A DNA stretch of 32,000 nt from Candidatus Nanopusillus sp. (GTDB lineage: Archaea > Nanobdellota > Nanobdellia > Nanobdellales > Nanobdellaceae): assembly GCA_049414405.1 (NCBI GenBank), contig JBMSAQ010000026.1, forward strand, positions 1 to 32,000, in the 5' to 3' direction. A program made the translations under genes and the position numbers. Of the stretch, positions 18,847-26,606 are shown in pieces. The notes under the pieces were generated by a model that saw nothing but the letters and a program-made list of their open reading frames with translations, was not told the origin of the DNA and did no database searches. The number at the start of each line of letters is the position of its first letter. Positions within the stretch are counted from its first letter, which is position 1.

Positions 18847-18906
18847 TGTCCCCCGCCCATCGCTACCAATATTCATCTTTTCATATTGGTTCGTCTAAGC
18901 GGGGAT
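18847..18906 (-). ncRNA. Candidate H/ACA-like guide RNA hairpin (or structured 5' leader) directly upstream of tRNA-Ser
   Basis: The minus strand reads A UCCCCGC UUAGACGAA CCAAUAU GAAAAGAUGA AUAUUGG UAGCGAUGG GCGGGGG ACA. That gives a 7-bp GC lower stem, a 9+9 nt internal loop, a 7-bp upper stem, a GA-containing loop and an ACA flush with the stem. tRNA-Ser begins 5 nt further on. It is the only GC-rich non-tRNA island I saw in an intergenic region. Confidence 0.3.
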
Positions 18907-18941
18907 ACATATTTAATATAATTTAATACAAAAATATTTTT

Positions 18942-19874
18942 ATGTTAACAAGAAATCTATTGGAAAAGATAAATCAAAAGATAAATCAAATAAAAAGAGG
19001 TGAAGAAAATTATGAGGAAGAAAAAATTAATATTGAAAAGTTAGATTTAGATAATTTTGAAGTAAAAGAAAAGAAAAAATATGGATTTATAGATTCTTCT
19101 CATGTAAATGGGATTGTTGGACCTTATAGTTATATATATTCTAGAGCAGTAATTGTTTCTGATGACATATATGAAATTATAGATGATATAGAATTTTTTG
19201 AAACATCTTTTATAAGATCAATGAATAATGAAAATTTTGATATTCAAGACATTTCAGAATTATTATCGAAAAATTTAGAATATAAGTTGGCGAGAAAATA
19301 TTCTGATAGGTATATATTTATAGATGGATCAATAATATCGGATTCTATATTATATTCAAAATTTTTTGATAATTTTTATGATGAGAATATTGAAAATAGG
19401 AGAAAAGAATTCTTAGAGAATTTCGAATATTTAATGAATGATGGAAATCTATCGGCAGTCGCAAAAAGAATATTAAATTTGGATATAATAAAAACTGGCA
19501 GATCGGATTTATTAACATTGATGAAAGTTTTTCCATCAGAAATATTTTATACAAATATTAAGGAAAAACAATTAAAAGAATTTTTAGGTTTTAAAATTCC
19601 AAACTGTTCATTTTGTAATAAAAAAATATATATGATATATTTCAGGGCTAGATATAATGATCATATATATAGATTGGAAGGAATGGAGAAAATTGGAAAA
19701 GAAAAGTTCAAAGAAATAATAAAAGAAGTTGTTTATGATCAAAAATCTTATCCTAAATGGTTAAAGTTAGCTCACAACTTATGTAAAATAACAAATAAGG
19801 AAAAATTAAGATTAGAAAGTTATATTAAGAAAAATTTGGGATTTGAAAAAACTATTGGTTGGGAAACTCATTAG
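18942..19874 (+). CDS. nurA: NurA-family 5'-3' nuclease
   Basis: Motifs YGFIDSSH, LEYKLA, YIFIDGSI and SYPKWLKLAHNLCKI match the NurA catalytic D/E/D/H-type pattern. The stop codon abuts the tRNA-His 3' end. Confidence 0.6.
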   Translation: MLTRNLLEKINQKINQIKRGEENYEEEKINIEKLDLDNFEVKEKKKYGFIDSSHVNGIVGPYSYIYSRAVIVSDDIYEIIDDIEFFETSFIRSMNNENFDIQDISELLSKNLEYKLARKYSDRYIFIDGSIISDSILYSKFFDNFYDENIENRRKEFLENFEYLMNDGNLSAVAKRILNLDIIKTGRSDLLTLMKVFPSEIFYTNIKEKQLKEFLGFKIPNCSFCNKKIYMIYFRARYNDHIYRLEGMEKIGKEKFKEIIKEVVYDQKSYPKWLKLAHNLCKITNKEKLRLESYIKKNLGFEKTIGWETH

Positions 19875-19947
19875 GGTCCGGGGCGGGATTTGAACCCGCG
19901 ATCTTCGGGTCCACAGCCCGACGCCTTACCACTAGGCTACCCGGACC
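19875..19947 (-). tRNA. tRNA-His (anticodon GUG) with genome-encoded G-1, no encoded CCA
   Basis: Manual fold: G GUCCGGG UA GCCU AGUGGUA AGGC G UCGGG CUGUGGA CCCGA AGAUC GCGGG UUCAAAU CCCGC CCCGGAC C. Confidence 0.9.
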
Positions 19948-19976
19948 ATAAAAAGTATTATAAAATTCATATTTTT

Positions 19977-20508
19977 TTAACCAATATAAATTAAAGGCAT
20001 TACACCATTTGGAGGATATGCTCTAGCTACTACCCATTGTACATATTGAAGTGATGTATAGCCACTGGTTCCTGCACTTATTTGTAATGTACCATATTGG
20101 AAAGGATTATAGTTTAAATTATAATATGTATAATTTCCATAATTTGGATTATATGATAAATGATACATGTTTAATAAAGTTAGTGGAACCCATACTTGAT
20201 TAGAATTATAAATATAGTATCCTGCTTGTGCATATGTCAAATTAACTATTAAATATGAATAAATAGTTCCTGCATTTGGTGGGAAATATGTATAATTCAA
20301 ATATTGATAAGTTACTGCGGATTTTAACATTGTTGCTCTGCTTAGGGGTGGATAAGTACCGCCCCAATACTGAAATTGTACATATGTAGATAAATTAGAT
20401 GTTGTTGTAGCACCACCACATGTAGTATAACTTCCTCCTGTTATATTTGTCCCACCGCAGCCACTAGAAACTATGGGAGATGCAATACCACCAGCAAAAA
20501 ATTGTTGA
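19977..20508 (-). repeat. Dispersed repeat copy A (C-terminal module of the surface-protein family)
   Basis: It shares long exact nucleotide runs with 31532-32000, for example gcacttatttgtaatgtaccatattggaa (29 nt) and aattaactattaaatatgaataaa (24 nt). Confidence 0.8.
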
Positions 20509-21674
20509 TTTGTATTTCCAAATAATGCTATTACATTTGCATCTGCACTAAGTGTATGATACCACACTTCCTCAACAATTAAAGGTATTAAAGGAATATT
20601 CCAATTGTTTGGGGGTAAAATATAAGTACCCTGATAATAATTATTTGTCATTTGAATACCATTTGGAGTTGCTGTAGGGGAAAATGATCCATAAAAAATA
20701 TATCCGATCCATCCATCCATTGTATTATTAAAATATCCATATACTATAAATACATATTTTCCATTATCATATTGTCTAGAAGGATCTACATTTGGAGAAA
20801 CACCTACATATGGATAATATTGTTGATAATAATTTGAAGAACTATTTCCTATATACATGTATATAGTTACATTACTATTTGCAGGAATACCACTATCTAA
20901 TTTTACCCACCAAATTTTACAATATATACTTCCATTTATTAATTGACCTAAATACCATGAATATATATCTGGAGTACTATTACAGGTTGTAGTAAAATAT
21001 ACATTAGATCCATTACTATTAATTAAATTAAATAAAGTTACATTGTTTACATAAGCAAAATGGGGACCTATATTTATACTTCCATTACATATTGCTATTT
21101 GTTGTTGGAATGGTGCAGGTGTTGGGATATTTTGAGTATTGTATAATATTAAAGTTAAATAAGATGGTTGGCAGATAAAGGTACTTGAAGTAGAATCTGA
21201 TATATTAAAGACAATTGGTGGTTGAAAATAGTTAATTAAAGGATTTGAAATATATTCTATATTAAATGATCCAATTATATTATTAGCTATCCCAACTTCT
21301 AATTTATAATTTCCATTTTGATTTGGAGGGGTTTGGGATAAATTTGCAACAACAATTAATAGACCATTATCATATGGATTTACAATCGATCCATTCGAAT
21401 TATAAGGATAAACTTTTACTAATCTGCCATTTAGAATTGCAAATACTTGAGAATAATTAACAGGTTCTGAAGGTTTTACATATGCATATAAAGTATCATT
21501 TGCTATAAAGTAATCAAGTAATTGGAAATTTAACTTTATAGATTTTGAAATTTCCTGCCCAGTTGGATTTATTATATTTAAATTGGGAGAAATTATATTA
21601 TATATTGTTATAGTAACAAAAGCGCCAATCACTAATAATAGTAATGCTGTAACTATCTCAGATTGTAATCTCAT
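19977..21674 (-). CDS. Secreted/surface protein with an N-terminal pilin/ArlFG-like hydrophobic helix and a DUF2341 / ConA-like lectin-fold region
   Basis: The N-terminus is MRLQSEIVTALLLLVIGAFV. CKIWWVKLDSGIPANSNVTIYMYIGNSSS matches the DUF2341 signature (WVK...iy.YyGN). The C-terminus reads LQYVQWVVARAYPPNGVMP. The protein has many N-x-S/T sequons, 6 Cys and very few charged residues. Confidence 0.6.
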   Translation of the reverse strand: MRLQSEIVTALLLLVIGAFVTITIYNIISPNLNIINPTGQEISKSIKLNFQLLDYFIANDTLYAYVKPSEPVNYSQVFAILNGRLVKVYPYNSNGSIVNPYDNGLLIVVANLSQTPPNQNGNYKLEVGIANNIIGSFNIEYISNPLINYFQPPIVFNISDSTSSTFICQPSYLTLILYNTQNIPTPAPFQQQIAICNGSINIGPHFAYVNNVTLFNLINSNGSNVYFTTTCNSTPDIYSWYLGQLINGSIYCKIWWVKLDSGIPANSNVTIYMYIGNSSSNYYQQYYPYVGVSPNVDPSRQYDNGKYVFIVYGYFNNTMDGWIGYIFYGSFSPTATPNGIQMTNNYYQGTYILPPNNWNIPLIPLIVEEVWYHTLSADANVIALFGNTNQQFFAGGIASPIVSSGCGGTNITGGSYTTCGGATTTSNLSTYVQFQYWGGTYPPLSRATMLKSAVTYQYLNYTYFPPNAGTIYSYLIVNLTYAQAGYYIYNSNQVWVPLTLLNMYHLSYNPNYGNYTYYNLNYNPFQYGTLQISAGTSGYTSLQYVQWVVARAYPPNGVMPLIYIG

Positions 21675-21684
21675 ATTATATTAA

Positions 21685-22143
21685 TTAACTAGCATATATT
21701 AAAGTTTGAAACTTAACCCCATAACAAGATACCAGTATTATATAATTCCATGAATTGTTTACTAAATAACTATTATTAAAATATATTGTTGCATTTTCAC
21801 CTGGTAAAAATAGATTTGATGGATACAAATAATTTATAGAATAATTAAAAGGGGAAAAATAACCATTAACATATAATTGAAAACATGACAGATCTAATGC
21901 TTTATTTCCGTTATTATAAATAATTAAATATGGATTTGAATAGTTTGTTTGATTATTTAAAAATTTTATATTTTCTCCGACAATATTTCTTATTTGGTTA
22001 GCTACTGAATTTGCAGTATAATAAAAATTCCTATAATAATTATCTAAAATTAAATATAAAACAATTGCAGAAATAATAAAAATGACAAATCCAACGATTG
22101 CTCCAACAATTGATCCTAAATTGGATTTCATACTACTGTACAC
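21685..22143 (-). CDS. Small pilin-like / ArlF-ArlG-like protein (N-terminal TM helix + beta-sandwich)
   Basis: MKSNLG|SIVGAIVGFVIFIISAIV resembles a class III signal. YLIIYNNGNKALDLSCFQLYVNGYF resembles the FlaF/FlaG-type motif. Its start overlaps the end of the upstream gene (22128..22607) by 16 nt. Confidence 0.45.
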   Translation of the reverse strand: MYSSMKSNLGSIVGAIVGFVIFIISAIVLYLILDNYYRNFYYTANSVANQIRNIVGENIKFLNNQTNYSNPYLIIYNNGNKALDLSCFQLYVNGYFSPFNYSINYLYPSNLFLPGENATIYFNNSYLVNNSWNYIILVSCYGVKFQTLIYAS

Positions 22144-22607
22144 GTACTCGCGGTTCTATTAACATATATCAAATTCTGTGTATATGCTCCAGTAGATGCC
22201 ACAATCTTTACTTGATAAAAGTTTGTTGTTACAGAAATATTTGTAACAATTACAATTGTGTCATAAGGCCCCCAAGCCGGAGTGCCAGTATAACTGTTTG
22301 CAATATAAATTCTTGTATTATTTATTAATACCCCATTAATAAACAATAATGTTAAATTTTGATTTAATACTATATTCCCTCTATTTGTTACATAGAAATA
22401 TAATAAATTTGTTGTATTGTTATATGCACAAGAATCTAATGTAATGTAAGTATTTAATTGATTTTGTAATGATTGGGAGTTTGCAATTGCAGCATTACTT
22501 ATTTCATTTAAACTATTATATGCAGTAGAAATAAATATATAAGCAGCAATGCCAGCAACTATAAATAATATGATTTCTACAAGAATTGTTCCAAATTGGT
22601 TTTTCAT
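22128..22607 (-). CDS. Small type IV pilin-like / ArlF-ArlG-like protein
   Basis: MKNQFG|TILVEIILFIVAGIAAY has a basic residue, then Gly, then a hydrophobic helix with Glu at +5. LYFYVTNRGNIVLNQNLTLLFINGVLI is beta-sandwich-like. A TATA-like tttatatttttt lies about 25 nt upstream. Confidence 0.45.
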   Translation of the reverse strand: MKNQFGTILVEIILFIVAGIAAYIFISTAYNSLNEISNAAIANSQSLQNQLNTYITLDSCAYNNTTNLLYFYVTNRGNIVLNQNLTLLFINGVLINNTRIYIANSYTGTPAWGPYDTIVIVTNISVTTNFYQVKIVASTGAYTQNLIYVNRTASTCTVV

Positions 22608-22638
22608 TAAAAATTATGATCTATTAAAAAATATAAAT

Positions 22639-23454
22639 CTATTCTACTAATTCGTATCCGTCAATACCTCTTTCATTTATAATTTTTTTCCATTCTAACA
22701 TTCTTTCTTGTCTTTTTACCTCAAGTTCACAAACTTTGTCTATTATTTTTAAATTCTGTATACCCTTTATTTCAACTTTTTCTCCCCCTTCTATTGATAT
22801 ATTTACATCCTGTCTAATAGTTCCCAACCCTCTTTTTACCTTTCCGGTTAATCTTAATATTAATCCAATATATTCAGCAACTTCCTTTACCTCTTTCGGA
22901 TCTTTTAAATCAGGACCCGTAGATATTTCTATTAATGGTATTCCCAATCTATCCAATCTATAAATTATATAATCTTCTCCTTCTTCAATTTTCCTTGCAG
23001 CATCTTCTTCAATACACATTGTTGCAATGCTTATCTTTTTATCTTTATATTTTAATTCCCCATTTAATGACAATAGCAATGTTCTTTGAAAACCAGATGT
23101 ATTTGACCCATCTATAACAATTTTTCTCATAACTTGTAGAACTCTTGGGATATACATATTAAAAAAAGTCGAAATTAATATGCCAAATTTTAATGTTTCA
23201 ATATTTATTAAATGTGGTGGTTCTTCATCCAGTTCAACTAAACAAGAACAATCTTTAGAATACTCATAGATATATTTTTTATCTTTTAAAGTTTCGTATT
23301 CTGCTGCAATATCTTTTTTTCCAATTTCGCTCAATGTTGCTCTTAATTTTCTTTTAATTCTATAATCATGTTTATCACTTAAATTTGTAGGACAATTACA
23401 AAATAGCTTTTCTTTTGTATCAATTTGTTGATGGATCTCCAATCCAGCAATCAT
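22639..23454 (-). CDS. gatE: Glu-tRNA(Gln) amidotransferase subunit E, N-terminal (catalytic cradle) portion only
   Basis: GLEIHQQIDTKEKLFCNCPT, CLVELDEEPPH, DGSNTSGFQRT and RLGIPLIEISTGPD are GatE/GatB cradle motifs. The ORF stops after 271 aa, whereas full-length GatE is about 600+ aa. Confidence 0.8.
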   Translation of the reverse strand: MIAGLEIHQQIDTKEKLFCNCPTNLSDKHDYRIKRKLRATLSEIGKKDIAAEYETLKDKKYIYEYSKDCSCLVELDEEPPHLINIETLKFGILISTFFNMYIPRVLQVMRKIVIDGSNTSGFQRTLLLSLNGELKYKDKKISIATMCIEEDAARKIEEGEDYIIYRLDRLGIPLIEISTGPDLKDPKEVKEVAEYIGLILRLTGKVKRGLGTIRQDVNISIEGGEKVEIKGIQNLKIIDKVCELEVKRQERMLEWKKIINERGIDGYELVE

Positions 23455-23505
23455 GACAATAAAAATATTAAAAAAATTAATAAATCATAATTTCAAAATA
23501 AAATT

Positions 23506-24372
23506 ATGCAATTTATGAGAGCAAAGGGGTTCTATTCATTTGATTCTTCAGATTTACTTTCTCAAATCGAACAATACTTCATGGATAAAAGATATGGGCT
23601 TGGGTATATCCCGAAAAATATAAAAAAGGAAAAAGACATAATTTCTGGAATTGTTCCACACACAAGTTATGAATATCTTTTGCCAGTTTCTGTAAAATTA
23701 TATAAAGAATTATACGAAAATTTTGATTTTGACACAATAATAATTGTTGGTCCAAACCATTATAATATTGGTCAGAAGATAAATTTAATAATTGACGATT
23801 GGTATACACCGTTTGGTGTAATTAGAATAGATGTGGAATTTGCTAGAAAAATATTAAACAATTATGATGCATATGAAAACCCCATGTTATCTAGATATGA
23901 ATATTCGATTGAAATACAACTACCCATACTTAGGTATTTATTTAAAGATAAAGTAAAGATTGTTCCAATAATTGTAAAAGATGTGGAATTATACATGATA
24001 AAAGATTTTGTTAAATTATTAAAGGAACTATCGAAAGAATTAAATAGAAGAATAGTATTAATATCTACTGGTAATTTATATCACCATGGAGAATTTTATG
24101 GAAATATCATATATAAAGAAAATATATCTGAAAATGTAAAAAAGGAATCTGAAAAAATCATAGAATATATATTAAATTTAGATTCTGAAAGATTATATAA
24201 ATTGGAAATGGATAGTAAAATATTTTGTGGAAAATATCCTTTTTTATTTTTTATAGAATATACAAAATTGTATAAGGGAAAAATAGAATTAATAAATCAT
24301 ATTTTATCTTCTGAAATAAATAAAGATGAAAAGAATATAGTTAGTTATGCATCTCTATTATCTTATAAATAG
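23506..24372 (+). CDS. Memo-like / AmmeMemoRadiSam system protein B family
   Basis: RAKGFYSFDSSDLLSQIEQYF, GIVPHTSYEY, IIIVGPNHY and EYSIEIQLPILRY match the MEMO1-family pattern. Confidence 0.7.
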   Translation: MQFMRAKGFYSFDSSDLLSQIEQYFMDKRYGLGYIPKNIKKEKDIISGIVPHTSYEYLLPVSVKLYKELYENFDFDTIIIVGPNHYNIGQKINLIIDDWYTPFGVIRIDVEFARKILNNYDAYENPMLSRYEYSIEIQLPILRYLFKDKVKIVPIIVKDVELYMIKDFVKLLKELSKELNRRIVLISTGNLYHHGEFYGNIIYKENISENVKKESEKIIEYILNLDSERLYKLEMDSKIFCGKYPFLFFIEYTKLYKGKIELINHILSSEINKDEKNIVSYASLLSYK

Positions 24373-24391
24373 TTAAAGAAATAGTAATATT

Positions 24392-24829
24392 ATGAATGAC
24401 TTTGATGACATATATAAAGAAATTAGGAGAGAATTTGCTAGACAGATGAAACTATGGAAAAAAATAATCAATAGAATAAATAAAAAATTCAGATTTGATT
24501 TTGAATACGAAGAACCAACAGTAGATTTAGTAGATAAAGGTGATAAATATTTAATAGAAATCGATCTACCAGGGGTCGATAAAAAAGATATAAACATTAC
24601 TTTAGTAGACCATCATCTAAGGATCGTAGCATTAAGAAAGATTGAAAAAGAAGAAAGAGGTGAGAATTATATAGTATCAGAAAGAACCTTTTCAGGATAT
24701 AAAAGAATAATTCCATTACCAGAAGATGCTGATGAAAATTCTATAAAGGCAAAATATGAAAACGGGGTATTAAGGATTGAAATAAGAAAAAAGCCAGGCT
24801 ATGAAGGAAAGAAAATCGATTTAGAATAA
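24392..24829 (+). CDS. hsp20: Small heat-shock protein (Hsp20 / alpha-crystallin)
   Basis: VDLVDKGDKYLIEIDLPGVDKKDINITL...YENGVLRIEIRKK is a canonical ACD. Confidence 0.9.
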   Translation: MNDFDDIYKEIRREFARQMKLWKKIINRINKKFRFDFEYEEPTVDLVDKGDKYLIEIDLPGVDKKDINITLVDHHLRIVALRKIEKEERGENYIVSERTFSGYKRIIPLPEDADENSIKAKYENGVLRIEIRKKPGYEGKKIDLE

Positions 24830-24858
24830 TTTTTTAATTTTTTATAAAATAAATTTTT

Positions 24859-25812
24859 ATGAAATATAGATTTGTGGAAGAATTATTATTATCCGCATTT
24901 AAAAGGGCAAAGAATAGTGGTAATAAATTTTATGATTTAAAGGAAAGAAATGTTGTAAAATTACAAACGATATACCAATACATAGATGATAAATTAGAAA
25001 AAATATATAATGATATAATTTTACCAGAAAATAAATTCTACAAGGAATTATATAGTCTATTATTCGCAGATATAAATATAAAGAAATTAAAAGAAAGGAT
25101 AAAATATATAAGAAAAATAATAAAACAGGTTTATTTAAAGTATAAAAACAATATAAAGTTAACAAAGGATAAAAAAATAATAGAAAAATATAGAAGAGAA
25201 TTTTATGGGAGGATATCTAGTATATTAAGAAGAAATTGGATTATATTTAAATATTATAATATTTATCTAAATAGAAGAAGAAAAATACCAAATATTAAAA
25301 ATTTACCCACAGTTATTATTTCTGGCTTACCCAATGTTGGAAAAAGCACATTATTAAAAAATTTAACTGGATCAAATGTTAAGATTGAACCATATCCGTT
25401 TACAACAAAAGATTTGATGATAGGATATATTAGAACACCATATTTTGATATACAGGTAGTTGATACTCCAGGAATTTTAGATAGACCTATAGAGGAAATG
25501 AATGAAATTGAAAAAAAATCCATATTAGCACTAAATTATCTCGCGAAACTAATTATATATGTTCTTGATTTAACCGAAACTTGCGGATATAGTATTGAAG
25601 AGCAAAAAAATTTATTAAATATGATAAAAAAGATTTTTGATAAAGAAATAATATTGTATTTCTCAAAAAAAGATTTGTTTACTGAAAGAGAAGAGAGAAT
25701 TTTTAATGAATTTATCAAGAATTATAATGATATGATTATTTTTTATGATTATGATAAACTAAAAGAATTTTTAATATCTTATATAAAAAATAAAAAAGAA
25801 TGGTATATATAA
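24859..25812 (+). CDS. Nog1-like GTPase (COG1084)
   Basis: G1 is GLPNVGKST, followed by YPFTT and then G3 DTPGILDRP. The N-terminal helical domain is typical of archaeal NOG1-type GTPases. Confidence 0.8.
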   Translation: MKYRFVEELLLSAFKRAKNSGNKFYDLKERNVVKLQTIYQYIDDKLEKIYNDIILPENKFYKELYSLLFADINIKKLKERIKYIRKIIKQVYLKYKNNIKLTKDKKIIEKYRREFYGRISSILRRNWIIFKYYNIYLNRRRKIPNIKNLPTVIISGLPNVGKSTLLKNLTGSNVKIEPYPFTTKDLMIGYIRTPYFDIQVVDTPGILDRPIEEMNEIEKKSILALNYLAKLIIYVLDLTETCGYSIEEQKNLLNMIKKIFDKEIILYFSKKDLFTEREERIFNEFIKNYNDMIIFYDYDKLKEFLISYIKNKKEWYI

Positions 25813-25820
25813 ATATATTT

Positions 25821-26444
25821 ATGAAGTTAATAGTATCATCTGATATACATAATGATTTCGAAATGATATATAAAATAATAGAATTATATAAAAAAGAAAA
25901 ACCAGATTATGTAGTAATTTTAGGTGATATAGCAGAATTGGGAGAAATAGAAAGAGGACTAATAAAAAAATTAACAGAACATATGGATCCAAACAAAATT
26001 TTGATAATACCCGGAAATCATGAAACGCCGGAAGATATAAAATTATTAGAAAAAATATACAAAATAAGAAACTTAGATAAAAATTATATAATAAAGGATA
26101 ATTTTGTATTGGTTGGATTCGGAGGCGCAGATTTATTATTGAATGTAATTGATGAAAAAGAATTTGAAAGTTTCTTAAATGAATTGAAGAAAAAATTTAA
26201 CAACAAATATATTGTTTTATTAACACATATTCCACCAAGAAATTCTATGTCATCCCTAAATATTTCTGGTAGTTATGTATTGAGAAAGTTTATTGAAAAT
26301 AATGATAGAATTATTTTAAATATACACGGACATATACATGAAGCTGGAGGTTTAGAGGATATAATAAATAAAGCAAAGGTTTTGAATGTTGCTAAAGAGG
26401 TAAAATTGGTTGAAATATATGATAAGAAAGCAAAAATAAAGTAA
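25821..26444 (+). CDS. Calcineurin-like metallophosphoesterase
   Basis: MKLIVSSDIH, VILGDIAE, PGNHE and GHIHEAGG are present. The track start at 25800 (an ATG overlapping the GTPase by 13 nt) is an alternative. Confidence 0.75.
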   Translation: MKLIVSSDIHNDFEMIYKIIELYKKEKPDYVVILGDIAELGEIERGLIKKLTEHMDPNKILIIPGNHETPEDIKLLEKIYKIRNLDKNYIIKDNFVLVGFGGADLLLNVIDEKEFESFLNELKKKFNNKYIVLLTHIPPRNSMSSLNISGSYVLRKFIENNDRIILNIHGHIHEAGGLEDIINKAKVLNVAKEVKLVEIYDKKAKIK

Positions 26445-26606
26445 AAACAAAGAATCAATTAGTAAGAAGAGAAAATTAAAAGAAAAGGCATTAGATTAAA
26501 TATTTATAAAAAATGTTTGTTGATTATCAAAGAAATAAATATTTATAATTGTATTTTAACATCATAGACAAAGAATTTTTTTAAAAATTTTGTATAAGAA
26601 ATTCAA

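Noticed and set aside
18694-18898. Two mutually antisense ORFs (60 and 66 aa) with unusually G/P/R-rich translations.
   Set aside because: They are read-through of the GC-rich tRNA-Ser gene and the adjacent GC-rich hairpin, not coding sequence.
25800-25820. An upstream ATG at 25800 that would extend the metallophosphoesterase by 7 codons (MVYINIF) and overlap the GTPase gene.
   Set aside because: Phosphoesterases of this family normally begin MK(L/I)xxxSDxH, which matches the ATG at 25821. The longer start cannot be excluded, because overlaps are common here.
26497-26550. A direct repeat of aaatatttataa, present twice upstream of the RNR gene, which might be a regulatory operator or riboswitch-like leader.
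   Set aside because: It is a short pure-A/T repeat in a very AT-rich genome and is expected by chance. Both copies look like generic TATA-like sequence, and I could see no conserved structure.
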